Source of the DNA: Octopus sinensis
Lineage: Eukaryota
Direction of reading: 5' to 3'
Assembly (NCBI RefSeq): GCF_006345805.1
Contig: NC_043005.1
Span: forward strand, 40,610,001-40,674,000
DNA: 64,000 nucleotides
Shown here one piece after another: positions 11,979 to 55,347 of the stretch; the first letter of the stretch is position 1; each line of letters begins with the position of its first letter. Position numbers and translations under genes: made by a program. The notes below the pieces were generated by a model. That model did no database searches, had not been told where the DNA came from, and worked only from the letters and a program-made list of their open reading frames with translations.

Positions 11979-12289
11979 GCATATAAAACTACACTAAATA
12001 TCAATTGTCATCCCTGAAAATGGCTCAAAATGGAATTCCCATTTTGGTGGGTCACTCAGAGCCGTAGAAACGAATGTGCAACAATCAGGAAAACTTGCAA
12101 ACCAGTAAATCTTTGGATGTTGGCCTCTTGATTACACAACAATGTGATTGGCAAATGGAGCCTCATACTTTTAAAATATCTTTATAGATTCATGGGTGTC
12201 AAAAAAGAAGAATTTTATTAATCCCATATTGATAGGGAGAATCAGAAAAAATTTCTGAAGAAAATTTAATAAAACTATCAGAAGTCAGA

Positions 12290-13627
12290 AACTCCGTTGT
12301 TAATTCAGTCCGGGCCAAAGCTGGGGGGATTTTTTTCCTGGACGCTCCTGGGGGCACTGGGAAAACTTTTGTCAACAAATTAATATTGGTTAAGATTAGG
12401 CGAACACAAGGCATTGCCCTAGCTGTGGCATCATCTGGAATTGCGGCTACTTTGTTGCCAGGCGGCAGGACAGCTCACTCCACTTTCAAGCTCCCGCTTG
12501 ACTTAGCGAAGACTGAGACACCAACTTGCAACATCAGTAACAGCTCCGATCAGGCAGAAGTCTTCAGACGATGCAAGCTTATCGTTTGGGATGAATGCAC
12601 AAAGGCCCACAGAGGTGCTCTTGAGGCACTAGATAGATCTCTCAGAGACATCAAACACTCTTCAGCTCCCATGGGGGGCATAACACTTCTTCTTTCAGGG
12701 GACTTCCGACAAACACTTCCCGTTATTCCCAAAGGGACTACAGCTGATGCAGTAAGTGCGTGTCTTAAGTCATCCACATTGTGGCCACTGGTGAAGACTC
12801 TCAAACTTCACACCAATATGCATGCTCATATGCGACGTGATATCACATCAGCAGCATTTTCTCACACGCTCCTTGCACTTGGCGAAGGCAAAATACCAGG
12901 GGATGAAAATGGTAATATTGCCATCGATTCCATTTGTACCATAGTTAAAATGCCTTCTAATCTCAGAGATGCAGTGTTCCCAGATCTACAAGCTAATTAT
13001 CAGAATATGGATTGGATTGGCTGAAGGGCTATTCTGGCCCCGAGGAATAAAACTGTTCACCATATTAATGATGAAATGCTAAAACTCATTCCTGGGGATG
13101 TCTATGTATATAAGTCTAGCGATACAACTCCTGACCCAGAGGACGTCATCAACTATCCAACAGAGGTACTCAATTCTTTTGAGCCCCCCGGACTACCACC
13201 ACACATTCTCAAACTTAAAGTTGGTGCCCCTATAATGCTCATTAGAAATTTGGTTCCCCCCAAACAATGCAATGGCACACGTTTGATCGTTAAGTCCTTA
13301 TCTCCCAATCTGATTGAGGCCACCATTATCACAGGGTGCGGTCGAGGCAACATTGTGCTCATACCTAGGATGCATCTTTTCCCATCAGGAGCAGACCTAC
13401 CTTTCATATTTCGGAGGTCCCAGTTCCCAGTAAGGCCATATTTCGCAATGTCAATTAACAAAGCACAGGGTCAAACACTGTCTGTGGCGGGAATACATTT
13501 GAGAGAGCCATGTTTCTCTCATGGTCAGCTTTATGTTGCCTGCTCGCATGTCGGCAGCAACAGTGATGCTTTCACATTCATTCCACAACGAAAAACAAAA
13601 AACATTGTGTACAAGGAGCTTTTATAG
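12290..13627 (+). pseudogene. Helitron Pif1-like SF1B helicase, single in-frame TGA at 13022-13024
   Basis: Walker A DAPGGTGKTF, AVASSGIAATLLPGGRTAHS, IVWDEC, SGDFRQTLPV, CNGTRL, FAMSINKAQGQTL, FSHGQLYVACS. The 12386 and 13076 ORFs are in the same frame. Confidence 0.9.
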
Positions 13628-14461
13628 GATTACTACGTTTCATCATTTTCGAACACGTTGGTATTTCACTTACATACGACTCTTTTATAATGACATTTAC
13701 ATTTTTAGGCGTTTCATGACATTAATTCATACTTAACCAACACCTGTCCTTCGCTCACCTCTATTTCTATCCATTCATCATCAAACCACCAGCCTCATCT
13801 TCTATATCCAACGTACATGACACATCTACCCCCTACATCTACACTCTCACTGTTAAAGTTTACATAAGTGACAACACGATCGCAACATACACTTTGGAAA
13901 CTAAGCAACAGATCATTTTATACAACAACAAATTTAATCATAACGCCCATCAATGTAAACATCTCCACCACTGTATTGTGATTCATCTATTCAGCACCAC
14001 TACAGTCTTGCCGGTCTGACATATGGTGAGTAGATGCTATTGTTCTACATTTTATAAATTACCCATATTTACTTACCCATGCTTCATTCCCCTCTTGCCT
14101 ACATAGGGCATCCATTCTCTTTTAACACAGCATGAAGTTTTGTAACAGCACATCCGCTGCCGTTCGTGGAAAACGAAGAGACGCTATTCACCTGCGAACG
14201 TTTTACAACACCTTCCATGACTATCAAATTCTTACAATTATGAGAACAATAACATGGCTCTTGGCAACCTCGCATTCAATTCTTACACCATTCTACAAGG
14301 GGTTAGGAACCCCTTTTCACGGCTTTCTATACACTTACAAATACATTCATTCGCCGTAAACTTATATCAATATTTGCCTGAATCATCATCATAATTCAGT
14401 GCAATCATTAACAGTACTTTCAAGCAATTCAGCCCCGAGCATTGCCGGGCAATTCTGCTTG
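12290..14461 (+). mobile_element. 5'-truncated Helitron (helicase plus 3' terminus, no Rep domain visible)
   Basis: Pif1-family helicase ORF, then a GC-rich imperfect hairpin cccgagcattgccggg (14434-14449) and CTTG (decayed CTAG) followed by T at 14458-14462. Confidence 0.8.
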
Positions 14462-14480
14462 TATATATATATATATATAT

Positions 14481-14828
14481 CGTTTAACGTCCATTTTCCA
14501 TGCTAGCATGGGTTGGACGGTTCGACTGGGGTCTGGGGAGCCAGGAGGCTGTACCAGGCACCAGTCTGATCTGGCAGTGTTTCTACAGCTGGATGCCCTT
14601 CCTAATGCCAACCACTCCATGAGTGTAGTGGATGCTTTTTACGTGTCACCGGCACAGGTGCCAGGGGAGGCTGGAAACTTCCACGATCGGCTGGTGGTTT
14701 TTACGTGCCATGGACATGGAAGCCAGTCAAGGCGGCACTGGCATCAGCCATGTACGGATGGTGGTTTTTGCGTGCCAGGATTGGCTGGCAACAGCCACGA
14801 ACGGTTGGTGCTTTTTACATGCCACTGG

Positions 14829-14829
<1 letters not shown>
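14481..14829 (-). mobile_element. RTE-tailed SINE-like element flanked on both sides by (TA)n
   Basis: Reverse-complement match to 11810-11960. (TA)n at 14462-14480 and 14830-14855. Confidence 0.85.
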
Positions 14830-14859
<30 letters not shown>

Positions 14860-15217
14860 AGTATATGTACATGTTTATGAAAACAAAAGACAAAAATCAG
14901 CTACAATCATGATTCATTTTGCCAGTTTTATTCAAGAAAAGAATTTTTTTAAAAAATCATTCAATATTAAGACCGGACAATTATAGAAATCACTGAAACA
15001 ATTCAACATTAATAATTACAATAATTACATTGATGATAATAATAATTACAATAATTATAATAATATTAAAAATAATTATTATAATAAAGATAACATCTTA
15101 CATGAACACAAAATCCTCAGGCAAGTAGAGATGGCCTGCCAGAGGAGGAGACAACTCTTACCTGACTCACAACTCCGGAGCCAGCAATATTGTCTCAATT
15201 GGTCATTGCATCTTCCC

Positions 15218-15251
<34 letters not shown>

Positions 15252-16841
15252 CTTAGAAAAACAAAAATATTTTAAACGTATGAATAATAATTTAATTACA
15301 AAAAATAAAAATAATAAATAGAGGTAAATGATATTCACAGGAAATGTCTCAAAACAATAATTTTTCAATTGGATTTACTTGATATTGAAATGCCAAACCA
15401 CTTTTGTTTTTGTTTGTTTGTGTGTGTGTGTGTGTGGTGTGTGTGTGTGTGGTGTGTGTGTGTGTGCATTTAGGTGTATAAATGAAAGAAAAAGTACTCA
15501 GTACATTATGTAGAATCTATTCCTTTATCTGAAGTCAATATTTTTGCCATATTTCCGATGGTGAGCTTGAGAAACACGATAGTAATGAGAAATTTGGAGC
15601 AGCAACAGAGTACAAATCTCAGGTTTCAAATAAGTACACAACACACACACACACGTGCGTGCGTGTGTGTGCACTAATGCATACACACGACCAAAAACGC
15701 ATAGCGTGAGTCAGGGAGAAAAAGGTGGGGCGGGAGAGAAAAATTTATATATACATATATAAAAAAAAAAAAAAATTTAATTTAATAAAAATATAGGAAT
15801 TAAAAAGGAGGTATGGAGGTGGGGAATTGCAGTGGTTAAGATGGGAGTTCGTCTTAAGTTTAAAAAAAAAAAAACTACTTTGCATTTATTCAAAATTACT
15901 TTGATTTCTTTTTGTTGTTGTTTGGATGACAAACAAACAAACAAACCTCTACCTGCGTCTAGCTGTGTAACACACGGAAATTTGTAAAACACCTCGAGAG
16001 GACACACTAAGCACAGAAATACATTTATGTGTCAGGATGATTCCTGGAAAAGCTGAGACAGGAAAAGGTAAACACTGTTTGGCTAAGGAAGGCAATAGGA
16101 AGTATGGAGGGTTGCATGCAAACACATACACAGACCTGTTTGAATTAATGTATGCTTGTATACATACATGTATATATGTATTTGTGAGTGAGTGTGTGTG
16201 TGTATTTATATATATATATATATATATATACACATGTGCGTGTGTATGTTTCTTTAGATACATGAATGCCTGCATGCTTTTGATGCATTTCATCATCACC
16301 GTTTAACATCTGCCTTCTATATGTATGTGTGGGAGGGCATGCAGGCACTTGCTTTTTGAGACAATGTGTTTATGTATGTGTGTGCACATGTACATATTTA
16401 TATGTATGTAAAGCAAACGAAAACACACACATGCAATGATTGAAGTAGGAATGGCAAGGTGAAGTAATTGTCAGCACCACCAATATCCAAATTGCTTTCA
16501 ATGTTAATCTCCCTTCACCCAGCATCCTCTGAAAACCCCTCCCACAAACAATCCCAGCCAAGAATAACACATGCCTGCTGAGTAACAGACCATCCAGGGA
16601 GTTATTTCATCAGGCAATGTATTCTTGGACAAATGGTTGTTTGTCAGTTGTGGCAAAACTGGAACTTTTACAAGTCACATGGCAACCACTCACATAACAT
16701 ATACGTATGTGTGCATATACATTTGTGTGTGTGTCTGTGTGTGTGTGTGTGTGTGAGTGAGTGTACGTGCATATATTCATGTGTAATCTGTTAAATAATG
16801 ACATGATTAGGTTGAACAGGATTTGGCCATGCTGTAGCTTG

Positions 16842-16847
16842 TTTATT
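16842..16847 (-). promoter_or_regulatory. Candidate proximal polyadenylation signal AATAAA for WDR47
   Basis: AATAAA on the minus strand about 110 nt after the stop codon. A second AATAAA lies at 15885-15890. Confidence 0.35.
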
Positions 16848-16954
16848 TAAAGTCTGTATATTTAGCAGCCCCTTCCTCACCCTTTTTTGTACCAACAGCC
16901 ATGATGACCAACAATCTCTGCATTCCGAAAGTTCAAATGCCAGTTGTACTTAAT

Positions 16955-47573
<30,619 letters not shown>

Positions 47574-50340
47574 CTATAAGCATGAAAAAAAAAGCATACA
47601 AAAGCAGCAGCAACAAAAGAGCTCATGGTGGTGCATTGAAATAAAATCAAGCTAAAAATGTTTGCAAATAAATGAGTAAATAAATAAAATTGGATTTTGT
47701 TGCGAGCAAAGATATTAAAAATAATTTAGACATAGATACATTTGCATGCAGTACAGACACACACACACACACACACCTTTAATTTCAATACACAAACTAT
47801 ATATTAAATCTATTTGATTCCCACATCTTTGTGCATACATACCAAAACAATTTTCAAATGTTAGAAAGACACTAAACCTTACTAAAGTTCAACTTTATTC
47901 ATCCAGCACCAGTTACACTAAATTTAGTTTACCAATGCTAAAAACATATGAACTCATATATCATTTACCATTCTAATAGTGATTTCTTAGAACCACAAGA
48001 CCAGTTCTTGTAAGAGAGGAGCATAGTTACCTGAACCGACACCAGTGCATTATAAGCACTCATTTCATGGACCCTAGAGAGAAGGCTGACAAAGTTGAAC
48101 GGAAGCCAAAGGATCATCATCATCATTATTTAGCATCTGTTTTCCATGCTGGCAAAGGTTGGACAAACAACAGAATCACATTGTGACTGAAATGCATCCT
48201 GTCCCTGCATACATCAAACCGAATCTTGTGAGGTAGTATATTAGACACACTAGTCTTGTCCGTCACCATCACACTATTCTATTATTGGTTTCTAATACAG
48301 GTATACACAGCCACAAATTTTAGGGGCAGAAGTATAGTTGATTGGATCAACCTACTGCATGACTGGTAATTATTTTACCAGTCTGGAAGTACAAAAGCAA
48401 AGTGGCTTAAGAAACAACTAAACAACACAAGATATTTTAACTGCTATTCTGCCAATTTGGCCATCCACTACCCTGGTTTAATATCACTGCAAAACACACC
48501 ACCAGTTTTGTAAAACAAGTATCTGTAAACATTTTCAACCACAGTATGTGACTTGTAGCTGTTTTATTAACTTTCAAGTGAGCATTTCGGGAAGAGAGGG
48601 CCAAGTAGATAATGTACTGCACTACCTGCTCAGAGGTTTTAAATATTTTGTTGCATTCTGCAGTAAATTTTACTTTACAATGTCTCAAGTTCATGTAACT
48701 ATTAGCAGGTAGGAGATAATGGATGTTAACTACAAGCAATCCAGGCAAAAATTTACCTCTCCTCAACGCTTTGAGACCAGACCTAAAGACTGTTTTTGCG
48801 TAAGTCCACCAGGGATGTCAATCTACCCTTAACATGGATAAGGCTTAGTAGTCAAATAGTGAGTACATAATTAAAACATCTACTTTGGTGTGTCAGTTTC
48901 TAGTATAAAGTATTAACTCATGTGTAATGTGAGGATTTTTATACAAAGCACCCAAATCAAAATTACAAGATAGTATTATACTTAAATGGAAAAAAGAGGA
49001 GAGAATATATTACTGATTTTCAGGTCCAAAATTGGGGGCCACATTATATTTGAGATCACATTGTACAAGAAAATGTGGTAGTAATAATTATTTCTGACAT
49101 ATACATGAGGAAAGATTTGGTCAATTATATAAAAAGTAGTACTTGGCTGGAACTATATTTTGCTGACTCAGGAAGGATGAAAGGCAAAATTCAAAACGCA
49201 GTGCCAATAATAATAATAATAATAATAATAATTTCTCAACTGACACAAGGATGTAACTCATAGGGAAATGTATGTAACTGAATGAATTCCCAGTACTTAT
49301 TTAAAAAAAAAAAAAAGGATTTTAACTGAGAATATTGTGGCAGAAAAGGTATTAGTCTGGCACTTAATCATCTTGCAAGGCCTCAGAGAGGCAGGGGCAG
49401 AAAAAAAAAAAAAAGAGGAAAATCCATGAGTGAGGAGTTATCTTCAGCAAAATCCTGGCTCAGATGCTTGCAGCAGTGGATTCCACTTAAAGCTCCTAAT
49501 GGGATTAGTGGTAGAGTTATGAATTAAACATTAGTGAAACAAATTCAGAAACAAACATACCACTCACTGCAGTCAAAAAACATCATATACTGACACTTCA
49601 AAACGAAAGACAAGTACATAGATAAACAAGGAGAGTACTGTAGAGTGGATAAATAAAGAAAAGAGTTGGTGGGGTAGTAACAGAAACATGAGGATGTAGC
49701 ATGAAACATTCGAAGTTAAAGCACTGCTATTTTCTTCAAAATGTGTAGGCTTCAAAAATTAATAAAACCACCCTGTTGTTGTTATTATTATTATTATTAT
49801 TACAAGTAGGTATTATAATGTAACATTGATAACTTAAGATAGGATTTATATAAAGGAAATTGTTAGCAAAGTACTAGAACATTAGTAGAGTACAGAGAGA
49901 ATAGAGTACATTATGTAATAGTATTACTGATGCAAATGATAGAAATAACTTGGTAGATTAAGTAAAAGCTGATCCCATCTAGATCTCAATAACTATCCTT
50001 AACCCTTTAGCATTTAAACCAGCCATATCTGGCCTAAATGCTCCACCCATTTTATGTTCAAACTAGCCAGATCCAGCTTCTCACACCTACTCTACAATGC
50101 CATTCTAAAAATAAAGTCACATCATTGAAATCACAAAGCTAGAAGACATTGAATAATTAATTCAAAATAACACGGACAAATAAGTATGTGTGACAGTGTC
50201 AGTAAGATATTTCTTATTACTATAAACTCTGTCATATGCTTTGGATTAGCTTCTGCAAGATTCTTGACAATAATACAAATACTAAAAATGTCAGGTGCCA
50301 CAAATTTTGTCTGATCTAAGAGTTAACACCTTCCAGTATA

Positions 50341-50646
50341 ATCATCATCCATTTTCCATGCTGGCATGTATTAGACAGTTTGACTGGAGATAGTAAACCA
50401 GAGAGCTACACCTGGAGTCAGTCTGTTTTGACTTGGTTTCTACAGCTGGATGCCCTTCCTAACATCACCAACTCCTCACAGTGAACTGGGTGTCCTTTAG
50501 TTTGACCTATCTTCTCAAGCACAACTATTTTCCCCACAATGAGCCTCAACATCTGAAGATCATATTTCACTACCTTGCCCTGTCTTCTTGGGTCTACCTC
50601 TGCCATGGGTTCCTTCCACAATTAGAGACCAGTACTTCTTTATGCA
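50341..50646 (-). mobile_element. RTE LINE 3' end fused to the common RTE-type tail
   Basis: The reverse strand resembles GRGRPRKTW..VVKYDL..LGL and ends in the ..ccaacccatgccagcatggaaaatgga(tga)n tail. Confidence 0.6.
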
Positions 50647-50681
50647 GCTGAGCCCATCTGGATCTCAATAACTATCCTTAA

Positions 50682-50892
50682 CCGTTTAGCATTTAAACCA
50701 ACCGTATCTAGCCTAAATGTTCTACCCATTTTATGTTCAAATCAACGAGACCCAGCTTCTCACACCTACCCTACAATGCCATTCAAAAAATAAACAATCA
50801 AATTATTGAAAAGCTACAAGATATTGAATGATTAATTCAAAAACAATGTTAATAAGCATTACATTTGACAGAATAATCTGAATGCGAAAGGG
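50682..50892. mobile_element. TTAA-flanked MITE (partial duplicate at 50003-50185)
   Basis: ttaa|ccgtttagcatt..aatgcgaaaggg|ttaa. Confidence 0.8.
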
Positions 50893-52807
50893 TTAAATGT
50901 CCTTGAGGCTTAAAAACTATGACTGTGCTTTGTATTTATTTCTATAGCTAAGTCTTTTGTTGATCTCAAAGAATAACTGAGCCACTCCAAAACTAATTCA
51001 CACAGAGTCAATCAGTAAGTCACTGAAGTTGAGAAGAAACAATGTGTATGTGCTTGACACATGACTTTTAGATTCCATTGTCAAAGACGGTTTGAACAGC
51101 AGCTTCCAGATTACAATGGATGAACGTATGAAACTTTTTCTGGCATGTAAATTTCCACAAATATGAAGCAGTTCAAATCTTGGTTTATCAGGGAGTCATG
51201 TCACTGATGCTTGATGAAAAGGAAAGGCAGTGCTCGTCATTTCATAAATAATTACATTTGTAGTCAGGACTTCAATGTCCCTTTCACTGTTGCAGTATGT
51301 CATCCATATCATTTTGGGGATGCACTGTTTAACATCCTGATTTACACTTCACACCTATGGCTTACTGTATCTGCACAACACACACACAGCATATGTATTC
51401 TTAGACATACATTTATTCTAACATATATCCATATACTCACATAAGTGAAGCCATATTACCTAATTGTTAGGATGTTGTGCTTCTGATTGTGATGTTGTGG
51501 GTTCAATTCCTGAACCAAGCAGTACATCACATTGTGTCTAAGAGTATAGTGTTTCATTTCGCATTGTTCCAATCTACTCAGCAGAAAAAGTGAGTATCAG
51601 CCTTATGCTGGTGCAGCACTTTTGCCCTCCAGCTCTCATGCCCTTGATGTTCTGCAGAGTTTGCTGAGTCATGAGGTGGGAGAGCTGAGAGGATGTTGAA
51701 ATCTACCCATGACTACACAGGTACCTGAAAGCAACTGACAGAAGCATGGTACAGGCTACCAAAGCCAGAATGGCTCATGAGTAATGCTTTTTATGTTTAG
51801 AAACAATGCAATGAGAACATGGTCTATCTCTAACCACCCATGAACAAATGAAAAAAAACACACCGACACAACAGGACAGCACAAGAGAGGAGCAACGTAC
51901 ATTCTTTTGTAAGGGGGAGCAAATTCCGTGATACATTGAGTGTGCATATTTTCGGTATGTGAAAGACATGCAGGGGTAGAGGTGTCTGTGATGGCAAGGT
52001 TTGGTGCTACATGTGGAAGATGGTGGATATGGTACTGGTAGTGCAAATTGGATTCAGAAAGTTGTTGTGGTGGTGGTGGTGGTGCGGGGAAAGAGATAGT
52101 AGTGAAGAAAAGACATAACAAAAGAATAGAAGCAACAGAAGCTGCTGCTGCTGCTGCCAGTGATAACATAGGAGAGCAGGTGAAAAGAACAAAAAAAAAA
52201 GGGCTTGGTGGAGCAAACTAAAGCAGAAAACAATAATAGCTACAAGAGAAAGGAGCCGTTTTGACAGGGTGGAGGGGTGGAGTTTAAGAATTGTTGACAG
52301 TAGATATTTCTTTCTCCTTATAACTATTATTTGTTTTTTAAGTCATCCTGGGAACAAAAAATTGCTCTTTCTTGTTTTTGTTTTCTTTCTTTTTGGCCTT
52401 TCTTATTTCTAAATTCATCTCAAAGATTTTCGACATCCTAAAGAATTTGTCTGTGGGTGTGCATGTATTTTTGAGAGAGAGAGAGAGAGAGTTTGTGTGT
52501 ATGTGTTGCATGCATGCACACACATGCACAACAGACTGAATCAGTGCATTTGTAGTTGTGGAGAGAAATGGATGTTCAGGTCAGGATATACAGATGTCTA
52601 TGTTTGTGTATATGCATATGTTTAAGTGTGTGTGTTCATTGTTGGCATGAAGAAGAGATGGTTACAGAGTTGTAATGAAACAGAATGGTTTAGCTGCTTA
52701 AATCAGAAAGAGAGAGAAGTAAAAAACCACAAGCGTCTACAGCACATGTAAATAAAAGAGGGAGTGTGCGTATGTTTGTGTGCATGTGTAAGCACATGCA
52801 TATGTCA

Positions 52808-52838
<31 letters not shown>

Positions 52839-54409
52839 GTGTGTAAGTGAAAGTTTGTGTATATGTACAAATGTATGAAAAAGAAGTTCAACATGATGAA
52901 AGAATATTTAATGTTAACGATACATTTATATGCTTAAAACATTTAGTCTTGCTGTAGAATGACAATATTCAGGTTATCTAAATATATTCCCATATCATTT
53001 TATAACAAGACTGTAAAGTTTAGACATATAAATATGTAATTAACGTTGGAAGTGTTTTCATTACGTAAACTTACTTATGAGTCAATAACTGAAACAAGTT
53101 CTAGACCTGTTTGTCAGAGTTTGTGTGACTATGTATTATCTGAGTGTATATGGCAGTTGAGACTCATGCATGCATGTGTTTGGGAGAAAGTAGACACATG
53201 TGTGTTCAATATTTGTATATGAACATGTCTTAATCATAGCATATTGCATCAATTCCAGAGTCTTAAATCACTTCAAACCTGATTCCCAGTTAAAATAAAA
53301 TGAATGGGGAGGATTGGATGGAAAGCAGATGAAGTCAGAAGGAAGATAGAAGGGGCTGGGGAGGGAGGACAAGACAACAATTCAATATTGTTATTCAATT
53401 TGTTATTTCATTCCTTGAGAGTTTCATGTCCTGGTACAAGGGTTGGGGCTTGAATCAAGAGTTCTAACCTACTTTCTCAGTCATTTGTCACCTGATACCA
53501 GAGAAACTAAGTACTATGTATATATATATATATATATGTATGAGAGATGGCAAAATTGTGAGTCTATTATATTATGTCTTAGTAAATGTGTGTCCATTGA
53601 TTTCAGCAATGAGTATTCCAGTGATTCTGACAACTAAAATATTTTTGTCGAAACCAGCAGAGATTCATTTACACTTTACTTTTAAATTTTAGCAATTATG
53701 TTATCAAATATAGATTTAATGGTGAAGAATAAACACACACCAAGATCTACACACTTTGCTGCAAGCACGCATTATCAGCGGCATGAATGAAAGGAGCTAG
53801 ACAGGGTGTGTTAGTAAGGAGACTTGTAATTTACTGTGTACTTAATACACAGTTAATACACCCTGAAATGTAGACAATGGTCAAGTGTGTGTGTGTGTGT
53901 GTGAGTGATATATATATATATATATATATATATTTTAGAGATAAAGAAAAATGAGAGAAAATGCATGTGGAAAGTGGATAGTTACATGGAATAAACAATG
54001 TGTAAATTATTCTTTCTTTTTTAAGGTTTTATTCAGGCTCTTGTATCAAAGTGGTGATCATATTTTTAACTGCTCTGTGAAAGCACATGATAAAGCCAAA
54101 AGGCTCTCAGCAGCAATGAAGAAGGATCAAATTGATTTATCAATAAGTTTTACTTTTATAAAACAGTCATTAGGGGTTCAGTTACTTTCCTCCGTGTGCT
54201 AAGAAGATATAGTGATTGGACTAGATCTGACCTTATCTAGAAAACAGAGTCAAGTTATAATCATGTGCATTATTGGGAGCACCAAAACAATGCAGATAAG
54301 ATTCAAGTTATAAATAAAGTTACAATCCTCAAGTTAAGCATATTTTTAGCCTTGCTGTGAAAATAGATGTGTGTGTGTGTGTGTGTGTGTGTGTGGTTGT
54401 ATGCACGCA

Positions 54410-55202
54410 CAGGGTACAGTGAATAAACTGTTGTCTAAATTATGCAAAATGAAAATAACACTGACAATCTTATTTTAAGAGATATTTACCAAAATTACAT
54501 AAAAATATCTTGAAAAACTAAAGAGTAAATTTATTCAATAAAAATTGCTTCAACCACAGCCTCCAGGTGACTGAAATCTCCTGCAACTCTTCTGGACGGT
54601 CTCCTTTTTGAAGTTGATGAATACTGCCATAATCCTTGCCTTCACTTCATTTTTGGTGTTACAAGGAGTTTTGTTGGTCTCTCACTCAACTGTACCCCAC
54701 ACATAATAATCAAAGGGGATGCAGTCTGGAGAGTTAGGTGGCCAGATGTTACAGGTGATGTAGCTGCAGAAATTGTTTGACAGTCATGATTGGATTCTCC
54801 TGCTTGTGTGGCACGGTGCAGAGTCCTGTTGCTAGACATAGGGTCTTTCAGCAGCCACTTTCTTGACCCAGGGCAGCACTATCTCCTCCAAGCATTTGAT
54901 GTAGACCTCCATCTTAAGTGTGAGACTATGCAGGAAGATGAATGGAGGCATGTTGCCATCACTAGTGATCACTCCAAACACCATGATCTTGACTGGATGT
55001 TTGATTTTTATCACTTCCGGTGCCAATGCCGGGCAACACAGCATGTCGTTTCTGGCAGAGTGAATTGCATCATGGTGCTGTTTTTCTCACAGACAATGCC
55101 CAACTGACCCTACTATACTGTGTAGTTGACAAAATCAAAGACAAACTGTGTATGTGGAAAATTAAAACTATAAAATGGTGACAATTTACCTATCACACCC
55201 TG
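54410..55202 (-). mobile_element. maT-like (DD37D Tc1/mariner superfamily) deletion derivative, 793 bp
   Basis: Termini cagggt../..caccctg. Remnant HPVKIMVFGVITSDG..PPFIF..YIKCLEEIVLPWVKKVAAERPYV. Confidence 0.85.
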
Positions 55203-55220
55203 TGCATGTGTGTATATGTA

Positions 55221-55312
55221 TGCATGTATATCTATGTGTTGATGTGTGTATATATATGCATGTATATCTATGTGTGGATGTGTATATATATATGCATGTA
55301 TATCTATGTGTG

Positions 55313-55345
<33 letters not shown>
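55221..55345. repeat. 36-bp minisatellite (about 3 units) grading into (TA)n
   Basis: tgcatgtatatctatgtgtggatgtgtatatatata starts at 55221, 55257 and 55293. Confidence 0.85.

Positions 55346-55347
<2 letters not shown>

Noticed and set aside
48031-48073. 43-nt AG..GT segment as a WDR47 coding exon
   Set aside because: It shifts the frame and contains TGA in the WDR47 frame. At best it is a poison exon.
53605-53660. Possible hammerhead remnant (gacaa..ttgtc-GAAAC)
   Set aside because: Stem II and GAAAC are present, but the CUGANGA core is not recognisable.
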